In this document: in pieces, positions 38,300 to 49,308 of the stretch
Numbering within the stretch: position 1 is the first letter of the stretch
Layout: every line of letters starts with the position of its first letter
Assembly: GCF_004010195.1 (NCBI RefSeq)
Contig: NW_025215155.1
Location: 1 to 49,308 of the forward strand
Length of the DNA stretch: 49,308 nt
Direction of reading: 5' to 3'
From: Chiloscyllium plagiosum
Taxonomy: Eukaryota
The notes under the pieces: model-generated
What the model was told of the DNA's origin: nothing
Database searches by the model: none
The model's input: only the letters and a program-made list of their open reading frames with translations
Translations under genes and position numbers: made by a program

Positions 38300-38830
38300 A
38301 GAAAAACATGATTCACTGCTCTCTGAGAGAAGAAATTCTTCTCACCTCTATCTTAAAACGGTGACCCCTTATTCTGCAACTGCATCCTCTGGTCCTGGAC
38401 TCTCTCACAAGAGAAAAGAAGCTCTCTACATCTTTCATTTCAAGCCCCCTAAGAATGTTAGATCATAAGGTCCTCAGTCCATAGGAAATGTGAACAGGAA
38501 TAGGCCATTCAGCCCCTCAAGCCTGCTCCACCATTCAATAGGATCATGGCTGTTCTGATATTTTTATGTCCACTTTCCTGACGTTTTCTTCATAACCCTT
38601 GATTCCCTACTGATCAAGACTTTATACTTCATCCTTAAATATACACAAAAACTATACCCACAAAGTTATCTGTAGCAAGGAGTTCCAGTGACTCTCAAAT
38701 CTTTGAGAGAAGAAATTCCTCATCATCATAGTTTTTATGAGGTATCCCTTTATTCTGAGACTACATCCTCTTGTCCAAGACTCTCCCATGAGGGGAACAT
38801 CCCCTTAATAATCCTGTATGCTTACTTAAG
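38300..38830 (-). mobile_element. Two decayed CR1 3' fragments
   Basis: GAGAAGAAATTC(C/T)TC..CTC, TTATTCTG and the AGGCCATTCAGCCCCTCAAGCCTGCTCC tail, as in the other minus-strand CR1s. Confidence 0.7.
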
Positions 38831-38919
38831 GTTGAGGAAGCAAGGATCTGGCACAGTTTTAGAGGAAATACAGGGTAGTTAGGATAAAACTCAAAAATGG
38901 ACTGAGGAGAGGTGGAAGG

Positions 38920-40700
38920 GAGCACGAAAAAACCTTAGCAGGAAGGATTAGGGAAAACCCAAAGGCGTTCTACACTTACGTGAGGAAGAAAAGAATCATC
39001 AGAGAGAGGGTAGGGCCAATCAAGCATAGTGGAGGAAACTTGTGCTTGGAGTCTGAAGAGGTAAGGGAGGCCGTAAATGAGTTTTTTGCTTCAACATGCA
39101 CAAGAGAGAGGCACCTTGTTGATAGTGAGAACACTGTAGACCAGGTTAAAAGGCTTGAACAGGTTGATATTAAGAAAGTGATGTGCTGGAAATTCTGGGA
39201 AGTATCAAGATAGTTCAGTCCCCAGGGCCGGATCAGATATATCAAGTTTCCTATGAGAAGTGAGGAATGAGATTGCTGCTCCTCTGGTGATGATCTTTCC
39301 TTCCTCACTCTCCACGGGAGTAGTACTGGATGATTGTAGGGAGGCGAATGTTGTTCCTCTGTTCAAGAAAGGGAATAGGGAAATTCCTGGGAATTACACA
39401 CCAGTCAGTTTTACGTCTGTGGTAAGCAAGGTACTGGAAAGGATTCTGAGAGATAGGATTTATGACTATTTGGAAAACCATAGTTTGATTAAAGATAGTC
39501 AGCATGGCTTTGTGAGGGGAAGGTCGAGCAGTTGATGTGGCGTATATGGACTTCGGTAAGGTCTTTGATAAGGTTCCCCATGGTAGGCTCATTCAGAAAG
39601 TTAGGAGGTATGGAGTACAGGAAAATTTGTCTGTCTGGATATAAAATTGGCTGGCTGAAAGAAGACAAGTGGTAGTTGATGGAAAGTATTCCGCCTGGAG
39701 GTCAGTGACCAGTGGTGTCCCACAGGAATCTGTTCTGAGATCTCTGCTCTTTGTATTTTTTATAAGTGACTTGGATGAAGAAGTGGAAGGATGGGTTAGT
39801 AAGGTTGCCAATGACAGAAAGGTCGGTGGTGTTGTAGATAGTGTTGGGGTTTGTTGCAGGCTACAAACAAGACATTGACAGGATGCAGAGCTAGGCTCAG
39901 ATGGAGTTCAAACTGGATAAAGGTGAAGTGATTCATTTTGGAAGGTTGAATTTGAATGCTGAATACAGCATTAAAGACAGATTCTTGGTAGTGTAGAGGA
40001 ACAGCGGGATCGTGGGGTCCGTGTACGTAGATCCCTCAAACTTGCCATCCAAGTTGATAAGGTTGTTAAGAAGGCATAAGATGTTTTGGCTTTCGTTACC
40101 AGGGGGATTGAATTTAAGAGCCGTGAGGTTTTGCTGCAGCTCTATAAAACCCTGGTTAGAACACACTTGGAATATTGTGTCCAGTTCTGGTCACCTCATT
40201 ATAGGAAGGAAGGAGATGCTTTAGAGAGGGCGCAGAGGAGATTTAGCAAGATGCTGCCTGGGTTGGAGGGCATGTTTTATGAAGACATGTTAGGCGTTTC
40301 ACACTGGAGAGAAGAAGGAAGAGAGGTGACTTGATAGAGGCGTACCAGTTAAGATAGTACAAGATAAGTACAAGATAGAGGCATAGACAGAGTAGATAGT
40401 CAAGAGTTTTCTCCAGGGCAGAAATGGCTGTCACGACAGGTGACAGTCATTTTAAGGTGACTGGGGGAAGATATAGAGGAGATGTCAGAGGTAGGTTCTT
40501 TACGCAGAGAGTAGTGGGTGCGTGGAATGCACTGCCAGCGGTGGTAGTAGAGTCAGAGATGTTAGGGACATTAAGCGACTGCTGGACAAGCACATGGACA
40601 GCAGTAAATTGAGGGATGTGTCATTCAGTTGATCTTAGATTAAGATAAATGCTCAGCACAACATTGTAGGCCGAAGGCCTGTACTGTTCTATGTTCTATG
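38920..40700 (+). mobile_element. Decayed CR1 ORF2 (RT) and 3' end
   Basis: REANVVPLFKKG..PGNYTPVSFTSVV, SQHGFVRGRS, SGVPQESVL, LYKTLVRTHLEYCVQFWSP, FFTQRVVGAWNALP; (TGTTCTA)n tail. Confidence 0.93.
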
Positions 40701-40825
40701 TTTCAATAGGATCACTTCTCATTCTTCTAAATTTCAATGAGTCCCAACTTGTTTCAATAAGGTCTCCTCTCACTCTTCTACACCGCAATAAATTCAAACC
40801 CAACACTCTCAACCTCTCTTTCATG

Positions 40826-41161
40826 GAATCCCTACAGTGTGGAAGCAGGCCATTCAGCCGATCGAGTTCACACTGACACACCAAAGAGCATCCCACCTAG
40901 ATCCACTTTCCTTCCCTATCTCTGTAATTCCTTTATCTCCATAAAGCCTGCACGTCCTGGACACTCTGGGGCAATTTACGATTGCAAACCTGCCTAACCT
41001 GAACAACTTTGAACTATGGGAAGAAACTGAATCATCTGGAGGAAACTCATGCAGGCAGGGAGTTTGTGTGAACTCGGTACAGGCTATTTCTCGAGGGTGG
41101 AATCCAACCCTGGATCACTGGCACAATGAGGCAGCAGTACTAACCAATGAACGACTGTGCC
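40826..41161 (-). mobile_element. Degraded HE1-like SINE inside a minus-strand CR1 fragment (about 40700-41470)
   Basis: Reverse complement begins GGCACAGTCGTTCATTGGTTAGTACTGCTGCCTC; CR1-like tail; flanking CTCT(T)TTCAT repeats. Confidence 0.8.
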
Positions 41162-41796
41162 TCTTTTCATAAGAAAATTGCTTCATACCTAGAATCAACC
41201 TGGTGAACATTTTCTGGACTGCCCCTAATGCCAGCATATCTATCTTTAGATGAAGGGATTAAAACTACTCACTGTATTCCTGATGTACCTGACAAATCCT
41301 TTACATAGTTTTACCAGGTCTCCCTTTTCTTATACACCATTCTTTTTGAAATAAAGTTTAGCATTCTATTTGCCTTCCCTGTTACCCGCTGAATTTCAAT
41401 GCTGGTTTTTTGTGATACGTAGATGAGGACTTCCAAATTCCTGTGTGCTGCAGCTTTCTGCCGTCTTTCCACCATTAATCTGGGCCTGCGAATTATCAGT
41501 TCAATACATTATCACCACAGCACCACCTTCTTGTCAACAAAACTAGCAGCCAAAAAAATGTGAATCTTTCCCTTGTGATAGATTAAATTTGACCTAACAT
41601 ATTAATTGATCATCAGATTCAGATTGCCCTGACATGGGAAATTAGAAAATAAGTCACTCTAAGTGGTTGGAGAGTCTAGGTAAAAAGACAGAATTCCTTC
41701 CTCCTCACAGTACACTGGCTGTGGCCAGCCAGCTTTGGGTCAGTCCTCAACTGAGGAGATTCTAATCTCCTGTTTTGTTTTTAAAAAGAATACAAA

Positions 41797-42754
41797 ATGT
41801 TTCTCATTTTTATAAATGACTTAGATGCAGGCAGAGGTGGACGGATTAGTAAATTTACAGATGACACTAAAGTCAGTGGAGTAGTCGACAGTTTGAAAGA
41901 ATGTTACAGGCTGCAGTGGGAGTTGGATACACTGCAGAATTGGGCTGAGAGGTGGCAAATGGAGTTCAATGCAACTAAATGTGAGGTGATTCGCTTTGGG
42001 AAGGATAACAGGAAGGCAGAGTACTGGGTCAATAGAAAGATTCTTGGTAGTGTGGATGCGCAGGGGGATCTTGGAGTCCATGTACATAGATCCCTGAACG
42101 TTGCCACCCAGGTGGATAGTGCTGTTGAAAAGGCATACGGTGTGTTAGGTTTCATCGGTAGAGGGATTGAGTTCCAGAGTCGCAATATTATGCTGCAACT
42201 ATACAAAACGCTGGTGCGGCCACACCTGGAATATTGTGTACAGTTCTGGTCGCCATATTTCGGGATGGATGTGGAAACATTCGAAAAGGTGCAGAGGAGA
42301 TTTACCAGGATGTTGCCTGGTTTGGAGGGAAGGTCTTATCAGGAAAGGCTGAGAGACTTGGGTGTGTTCTCATTGGAAAGAAGAAGGCTAAGAGGGGATT
42401 TGATAGAGACATACAAGATGATCAGAAGATTAGATAAGTAGACAGTGAAAGTTTTTTTCACTGGGTGGCAAGGATGATGTCAGCTTGTACGAGGGGGTAT
42501 AACTACAAATTGAGGGGTGATAGATTTAAGGCAGATTTGAGAGGCAGGTTCTTTACTCAGAGAGTGGTAAGGGCGAGGAATGCCCTACCTGCTAATGTAG
42601 TTAACTCAGACACATTAGGGAGATTTAGACAAAGCTTGAATAAGCACATGGATGATGATGGGATAGTGTCGGGGGATGAGCTGAGAATAGTTCACAGGTT
42701 GGCGCAACATCGAGGGCCGAAGGGCCTGTTTTGCGCTGTATTGTTCTATGTTCT
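41797..42754 (+). mobile_element. 5'-truncated CR1 LINE (214-aa open RT C-terminal fragment)
   Basis: FLIFINDLD..SKFTDDTKVSG..LYKTLVRPHLEYCVQFWSPY..RRLRGDLIETYK; TGTTCTATGTTCTA tail. Confidence 0.95.
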
Positions 42755-42844
42755 AAAATATACAATAACCCAGAGTGACACTGACTTTGGCTATCCAGCT
42801 TTGAGTCAGTTCTCAATTGAGGAGATTACAATCTCCTGGCAAAA

Positions 42845-44535
42845 TTTTATTTTTCTGAATTTATTTATTTTTTTCTCCTGTTTATTTTATTTTTTTTTAA
42901 CCCCCACACTACCACCTAAGTGCGGTAGTGCTTATTGTATCCCCAGCACCCATGGTGTGTGTGTGTGCAAGTGTGAGACACAGTGAAAGACACAAAGTGC
43001 ACGAATCTTTATTCAAATTCCACCACCAGGAAGATAGGAAAACACCCGGGTGGCCAGTGACAAGCACTGCCCTTCACATCAAAGGGCAGTGCTGTGTGAT
43101 CCTGTTGATTTTTTTTTTTCCTTTTTTTTTCCCCCTTCCTTTTTTAGCCCCCACACTACCACCTAAGTGCGGGAGTGCTTATTTTATCCCCAGCACCNNN
43201 NNNNNNNNNNNNNNNNNNNNNNNNNNNNNNNNNNNNNNNNNNNNNNNNNNNNNNNNNNNNNNNNNNNNNNNNNACACAAAGTGCACGAATTTTTTATTCA
43301 ATTTCCACCACCAGGAATATAGGAAAACACCCGGGTGGCCAGTGACAAGCGCTGCCCTTCACATCAAAGGACAGTGCTGTGTGATCAAAACAGTGAAGGG
43401 GAGGGTAGGGACTAAATCAAAATAGAATTGGAGGGAGAAATGATGCACTCCACTCCCTGCGGCGCCCACCTCTCCCTGAACAACTCCAGGGTGTTGGTCG
43501 ACGCCGCGTGCTCCTTCTCCAAGGACACCCGGGCTCTGACGTAACCGCGGAAGAGGGGCAGGCAGTCGGCCCTAACGACCCCCTCCATGGCCCGCTGCCT
43601 GGACCTGTTGATGGCCAATTTGTGAAGCTTTTTATTTTTTTTATTTTTTTTTTATTCAATTCTCCTTCACTTTTACTTTTTTTTTTTCTTTTTTTTTCTT
43701 TCTTTTTTTTTTCTTTTTTTAACACCCGGGTGGGCAGTGACAAACACTGCCCTTCACAGCAAGGGACAGTGCTGTGTGATCGAAACAGTGAGGGGGAGGG
43801 TAGGGACTAAATCAAAATAGAATTGGAGGGAGAAATGATGCACTCCACTCCCTGTGGCGCCCACCTCTCCCTGAACAACTCCAGGGTGTTGGTCGACGCC
43901 GCGTGCTCCTTCTCCAAGGACACCCGGGCTCTAACGTAACCGCGGAAGAGGGGCAGGCAGTCGGCCCTAATGACCCCCTCCACGGCCCGCTGCCTGGACC
44001 TGTTGATGGCCAGTTTGGCCAGGCCCAGGGGCAGACCCACGAGGAGGTCTTCAGACCTGCCCTCCTTCCTCCGTACCGGTGCCGGAAGATCAGGAGTGTG
44101 GGACTGAAGTGTAACCAAAAGCAGAGGAGGAGGTTTTTCAGAAAATCAAAAAGTGAGTGCAAACGCCCACACCCAATATAGACGTGGTCCACGGACTCCA
44201 CAGCGCCACAGAACAAGCAGTTGGGCTGGGAGTCCGTGAACCACCGCAATCTGCGGTTGCAGGGGACTGCTGCGTGCAGCACCCTCCACCCCAGATCCCC
44301 GAGAGAAAGGGGGAGGACTCCCGCGTAGAATCTCCTGGCTATATTTTTTTTTTGCTCGCTCCCGCCGGCGCGCTGCTGGAGTGTCTCTCCCCTCCAGGGG
44401 CCGGTGCCTCTTCCCCAGAGAGACCGGGGGGAATTTATGGGCCTTCCCCTCCCCGCCCGCCTCGATGGTCATGGGGCCCGGAGTCCCTCCCCCCAACTTT
44501 TCCAGGAATACAAATGGCTGGGGGAACACAGGGGG
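42845..44535 (-). mobile_element. Tx1-type (L1 clade) LINE: several tandem 3' fragments with poly(A) tails
   Basis: C-terminal zinc knuckle CLFCGAVESVDHVYIGC and LGLAKLAINRSRQ...FRERWAPQGVEC occurring twice; repeated 3' UTR; T-runs on the + strand; CpG-rich. Confidence 0.88.
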
Positions 44536-44548
44536 TCTCCTGGCTATA

Positions 44549-44764
44549 TTTATATTTTATTAAACAAATTACAAACAAACAGTTTACAAAAAACATTTAC
44601 AGCTGTACATAAGAGACAGCAATGTTACAAGGGAGAGGAGCAGCAAAGCTCCTCTCAAACCCTACCATTCAACCATTTTACAGGGAGATGAGGACAAACC
44701 TCAAATCCCAGTTCCACTTATGGCAAGACAGTGACAATGACATTTGTACATTAGACAATACTGT
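44549..44764 (-). mobile_element. Retroposed 3'-end fragment of unknown origin
   Basis: Minus strand ends AATAAAATATAAA; bracketed by the direct repeats TCTCCTGGCTATA. Confidence 0.6.
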
Positions 44765-45320
44765 ATCTCCTGGCTATACTAGTCAGCCAAGGCTTTCCTG
44801 ATTGGGTTGTTAACCTGAGCCAATCAATGACATCGTTGTCAATGAGCTCCAGCTGATCTCAATCAATACAGTAATACAGGGAATGGAAAGGTGTCAATAA
44901 GGCAATAAATCACAATCTACTTCTCACATTTTGTTGTCAAACTTAAAATGCATGATGAAGCTGAGTAAAGTAGAAAAGTTTGGAATCTGAGATGGATGTA
45001 GCATAGGCAATTTATACTTGAAATATGCATGCATGTTGTAATGAAGGTGATAAGAAACAGCTTATGGTGGATCAAGGACTGGGTGGCGATAGTGAGAATA
45101 ATTCTGACATGCATGATAGAGCATGGTAAAATCTGAACTTTCAAAACTTGCATTTTTTGAGGGAGACATTAACTGAAAATGGCAACTGAAAACTGAAAAT
45201 GAAAATAAAAACCAAGAAAGGAAACTGAAAAGATAAAACAGAGAAAAAAAACCCAAAGTGAATCCAAAATGCCTAGGCTGGTTGACATTGTATAACAGAT
45301 GCAGAGCTAACCAAGCTCAG

Positions 45321-45775
45321 AAGTTAAAAATCACACAACACCAGGTTATAGTCCAACAGGTTTAATTGGAAACACACTGGCTTTCGGAGCGATGCTCCTT
45401 CATAAGGTGATTGTGGAGGGCTCAATCGTAACACAGAATTTATAGCAAAAATTTGCAGTGTGTTGTAACTGAAATTATACATTGAAAAATTGATTGTCTG
45501 TTAAGCCTTTCATCTGTTAGAATACAGTGATAGTTTCACTTCTTTCATGTGTAAATCACAAAACCCTTTCTTTTAAAGTTGCATTCTCAGGTTAGCTGTT
45601 GACAATGGTGATAGCTAGGCAATATGTTGAAGATGTTAGCCCCCTGTGTTCTCTGTCTATGACCTAGATTGATTCTAATCTAAAAAGTGAGATAACAGAG
45701 TTTTACATAAATTCATGCAGTTTTTGAGCTCAGAGTTCTACATGAATGTATGCAGTTTTTGAGCAAAGTGCAATG
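45321..45775 (-). mobile_element. Penelope-type 3' region / pseudo-LTR, same family as 22941-23130
   Basis: TTAAAAATCACACAACACCAGG...GCTTTCGGAGCGATGCTCCTTCATAAGGTG; the hammerhead core is mutated (CTTATGA, GCCA). Confidence 0.75.
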
Positions 45776-45797
45776 TGTGTGTGTGTGTGTGTGTGTA
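45774..45797. repeat. (TG)n microsatellite
   Basis: Direct observation of about 12 TG units. Confidence 0.95.
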
Positions 45798-47129
45798 TAG
45801 GAATTCTCCATGTCAAGAAAAATGTTCCAGATTTTCCCCAAGCCTTAAGTAGCAATGTCAGAATTTCATCCCGGAATAGCAAATACTTACATCCCACTTC
45901 CAGTTCTTCTCTGTTGAAAACTGGACAACACAAATTCTGGGCAGGTAAAACTGAACAGGTACATGGTAGTTGTAGCTCACCTAATGCCTGTCCCAGCCAT
46001 CATGCAACTGCTTCTTTTGCACAATGATTCTGTAAGGTCCATAGGCATTATCCTCCTTGATCCTCCTCGATCCACACTACTCTGCAACAGTAAACCACTA
46101 ACCTCACTACATCATCATGCTTGCTCTTGGATGAATTCAAACACCATTTCAGCCCTACACTTTAGTTTGGAGCTGATGACTTGCATGCATCTGCATTGCA
46201 TCTCATGCATCTGCATAGGACGCTGGCATGTGCTGACATGGACACATGCATCCTATGGCTCTCAGCTTACTTTCCTAGCCCTCATTCATTTTCAACTTAC
46301 TTGGAGACTGCTAACCTCTGTCTGCTTCACATTGGTTTCTTTGCACAAATTGACTTTAATGCTGGGTTACAAATCGACAACCTCAATGGTTTAGTTTGCT
46401 TTTTAGCACAGAGAGGGAGGCAGGCCATCTGTGATGGTGGTGAACACTGAACAGTCATTCTATCAGTCTGACAAGGGGTGCACATGTGTTACTCCATGGC
46501 AGTGTGCTACATCAACATCAGACCTGCCGTTTGTGCCAGCAGCTGACACAGTTAACAAACTGTATGTGCATCAAGCATATGCCGCTGTGTGAGAATCAAG
46601 GAGAACAGTTGTTAGTGGGGTGCGTGGGTACTGTAGTCAGTTAGACAGTCAAGTGACTCATCTGATTACACTACAAAGGTTAGCCATGGCCAGTCCTGCC
46701 AATTAAGTGCAAACAGCCCAGGGATTTCAGGTAGGTCAGTCAAGATGCTGTGGAGACATCAGTTCAGGGATGTGGCCCTGGATTTCCTGCAATGAGGCAA
46801 AAGGAAGGATTGTGTCCAATGGAAGAGGATGCAAGAACGGTTAGTAGTGATACATGAGCAAGAGAGGTGCTGAGTGTTCCCCAGTGACTAAGAAGGAACT
46901 TTAGAAAGCAGGAATTGGTTTGTGTTTTGGGAGTATGAAGTGAATAAAAGCCATTGAATGAATATGATACCTGCAATAGGGACGATTATTCTCCCTGAGC
47001 CTCACAGTAATAGTTTCGTAGAGTCATAGAGACTTACAGCACAGAAAAAGGCCCAAAGTGTCTGTGCCAGTCAAAAAACAATCATCTAACTATTCTAATC
47101 CCATTTTACAGCACAATGCCTTGGGACTT

Positions 47130-48360
47130 TTTGGATGTGGCTCAAATAAGCGGGATGATTTATCCTGGATAATGTAAAGTTTCTTGAAGTTGTTCTCCAA
47201 GTTGTTGGAGCTGCAGTGTGCATCACTCTTCACTTGAAGCTTGTATTTGATGGGGAGCTTTGGGAGTTAGGAAGTGAGTTACTAACTGCAGTATTCCATC
47301 ACTGTATTTAAAGGGCTAGTCATGTTCAGTTTCTGGTTGATAGTAACTCCCAGGATATTGATACTGGGAATTCACTGACAGTATTACCATTTAGTGCCAA
47401 TGTTTGATAGTTAAAATGTCTTTTCTTGTCATAGCCCGGCACTTGTGTAGTGCATATGTTTCTTGTCACTTTTCAGCTCAAGCCTGGATTTTGTTCAAGT
47501 CTTGCTGTATTTGAGCAAGGACTGCTTCAGTATCTGAGGAATGACAACTGTGCAGTCTTCAGTGGGCATTCCTGCCTCTGATCTTATGATAGCGGGAAGG
47601 TCATTATTGAAGCAACAGAGGACGATTGGGCTGAGGAACTACCTGAGGAGCCCCTGCACAGATATCCTGGGTCTGACCTCCAACAACTACAATCATCTTC
47701 TTACGGTATGACTCTTACTAGTGGAAAGTTTTTACCCTGATTCGCATTGACTCCAATTTTACTCAGGCTCCTTGATACCATACCTGACCTTGATGTCAAG
47801 GACTGTCACTCACCTTCCTCTGGAATCAGCTGGTTTGTCAATATTTGAATCAAGGCAGTAATGAGCTTAGGAGTTGAATGGGCCTGGCGGAACCCAAACT
47901 GGGCATCACTGAGCAGATAATTACTGAACAGATGTTGCTTGATAGCACCTGCTGATGTTGCCTTTTATTACTTTACTGATGATCAAGAGTAAACTTAAGG
48001 GGTGACAATTGGCCCGGTTGGATTTGTCCTACTTTGTGTGTTCAGGGCATACTTGGGATGTTTACCACATTGTTGGGTAGATGTCAAGGTTGTAGCTGAA
48101 TTAGAAGAGCCTTGCTATGGGAGTAGCAAATTCTGGAACAGAAGTCTTCAGTACTATTTGTTGGAATGTTTTCAGCGCCCACACTCCTTGCAGTACCCAG
48201 TGCCTCCAACTATTTTTTGACATCACATGGACCGCATCGAATTGGCTGAAGACTGTGATGCTGGGGATCTTTTCAGGAAGCTGAGATAGATCATCCATTT
48301 GGCACTTCTGGCTAAAGATTGTTGCAAATACTTCAGTCTTATCTTTTGCCCTTGAAGGAT
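47130..48360 (-). mobile_element. Old CR1-superfamily (Zenon/Crack-like) LINE RT fragment
   Basis: KDKTEVFATIFSQKCQMDD..IVLKTSVPEFATPIARLF; the 47200-47450 part is homologous to 31390-31558 and 37150-37320. Confidence 0.75.
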
Positions 48361-48889
48361 ATTGTGACTGCCATTGTGCCATATATACTGTGGATTGTTG
48401 AGCTATTTCATAAGATCTGTCTTAGTTGTTTCTGCCATTTAGTGTATAATTTATATCCTATAACAAACCACAAATTGCTTTTTAATTCATGCTTGACTTG
48501 TGCTTCCTGGCTGTTGAAGCATGGCAGGTGATTTATGATAATGTTTGGTGTTTGCTTTGCTTGATTCTTGAACAGTAAAAATTTTTGAACTTAGGCTGTC
48601 ACAAAGTGAGATTCAGCTATCTGCATTCTGCTTTCCCTCTGGCTGAACAAAGTAACAATGTTAACACCACTTGCAATAAGTTTCATTAAATTGTTTGTAA
48701 AAGCTTTGTTTTCAAACCAGTTCTTTATTCATTTCAATCCACAATCAAAAATACAGAAAAATTAAAGATCTTTTCTTCTTTTCATCCTCAATCTATGATA
48801 ATCAGCTCCTTCTCTAATATTAGTACTGTGGATGCACCTATACTTCAAGGATTGTAGAGGCCCATAATTATGTATGGGCAATAAATAGA

Positions 48890-49308
48890 AAACTGGCTTG
48901 GATAGAAAACTGGCTAACCGGTCGAAGGCAGAGAGTGGTGGTAGATGGTAAATATTCAGCCTGGAGCCCAGTTACAAGTGGAGTTCCGCAGGGATCAGTT
49001 CTGGGTCCTCTGCTGTTTGTAATTTTTATTAATGACTTAGATGAGGGAGTCGAAGGGTAGGTCAGTAAATTTGCAGATGATACGAAGATAGGTGGAGTTG
49101 TGGACAGTGAGGAGGGCTGTTGTCGGCTGCAGAGGGACTTAGATATGATGCAGAGCTGGGCTGAGGAGTGGCAGATGGAGTTCAACCCTGCCAAGTGTGA
49201 GGTTGACCATTTTGGAAGAACAAATAAGAATGCGGAATACAGGGTTAATGGTAGGGTTCTTAGTCAGGTGGAGAAACAGAGGGATCTTGGAGTCTATGTA
49301 CATAGATC
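48890..49308 (+). mobile_element. CR1 RT fragment running off the window end
   Basis: [34 protein letters not shown]; nearly identical to the reverse complement of 36142-36380. Confidence 0.95.

Noticed and set aside
41574..44878. Possible minus-strand LTR hosting the CR1 and the Tx1 stack (TG...CA ends, CCAAT/TATA-like motifs, internal repeat of 41705-41771 at 42770-42838)
   Set aside because: No TSD and no second copy in the window, so it is not reported as a feature.

Overview
This is eukaryotic, repeat-dominated DNA, almost certainly from a cartilaginous fish: it carries HE1-type V-SINEs and shark-type CR1 LINEs, and has four assembly gaps. I recognise no intact host protein-coding gene, RNA gene or CRISPR array. 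Bases 33-8685 are a very large 33-bp minisatellite, and the many ORFs there arise because the unit is 11 codons long. The rest is nested decayed transposons. These include a near-full-length CR1 with an SGNH-esterase ORF1, many truncated CR1s, an older CR1-superfamily LINE, and a Gypsy-type LTR element with the unusual Gmr1-like integrase-before-RT/RNase H order plus a matching solo LTR. Also present are Penelope (GIY-YIG) fragments, short Penelope-derived palindromic elements carrying minimal hammerhead-ribozyme cores, a hAT-Charlie transposon, a Tigger-like MITE and a Tx1-type LINE cluster. The most notable structures are the stack of insertions separated by four copies of one ~13-bp target site (42831-44778), the hammerhead-bearing hairpin elements, the Gmr1-like element with mismatched LTRs, and a 2-kb tandem duplication inside a multi-level nest. 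All family assignments come from motif recognition, not database searches.
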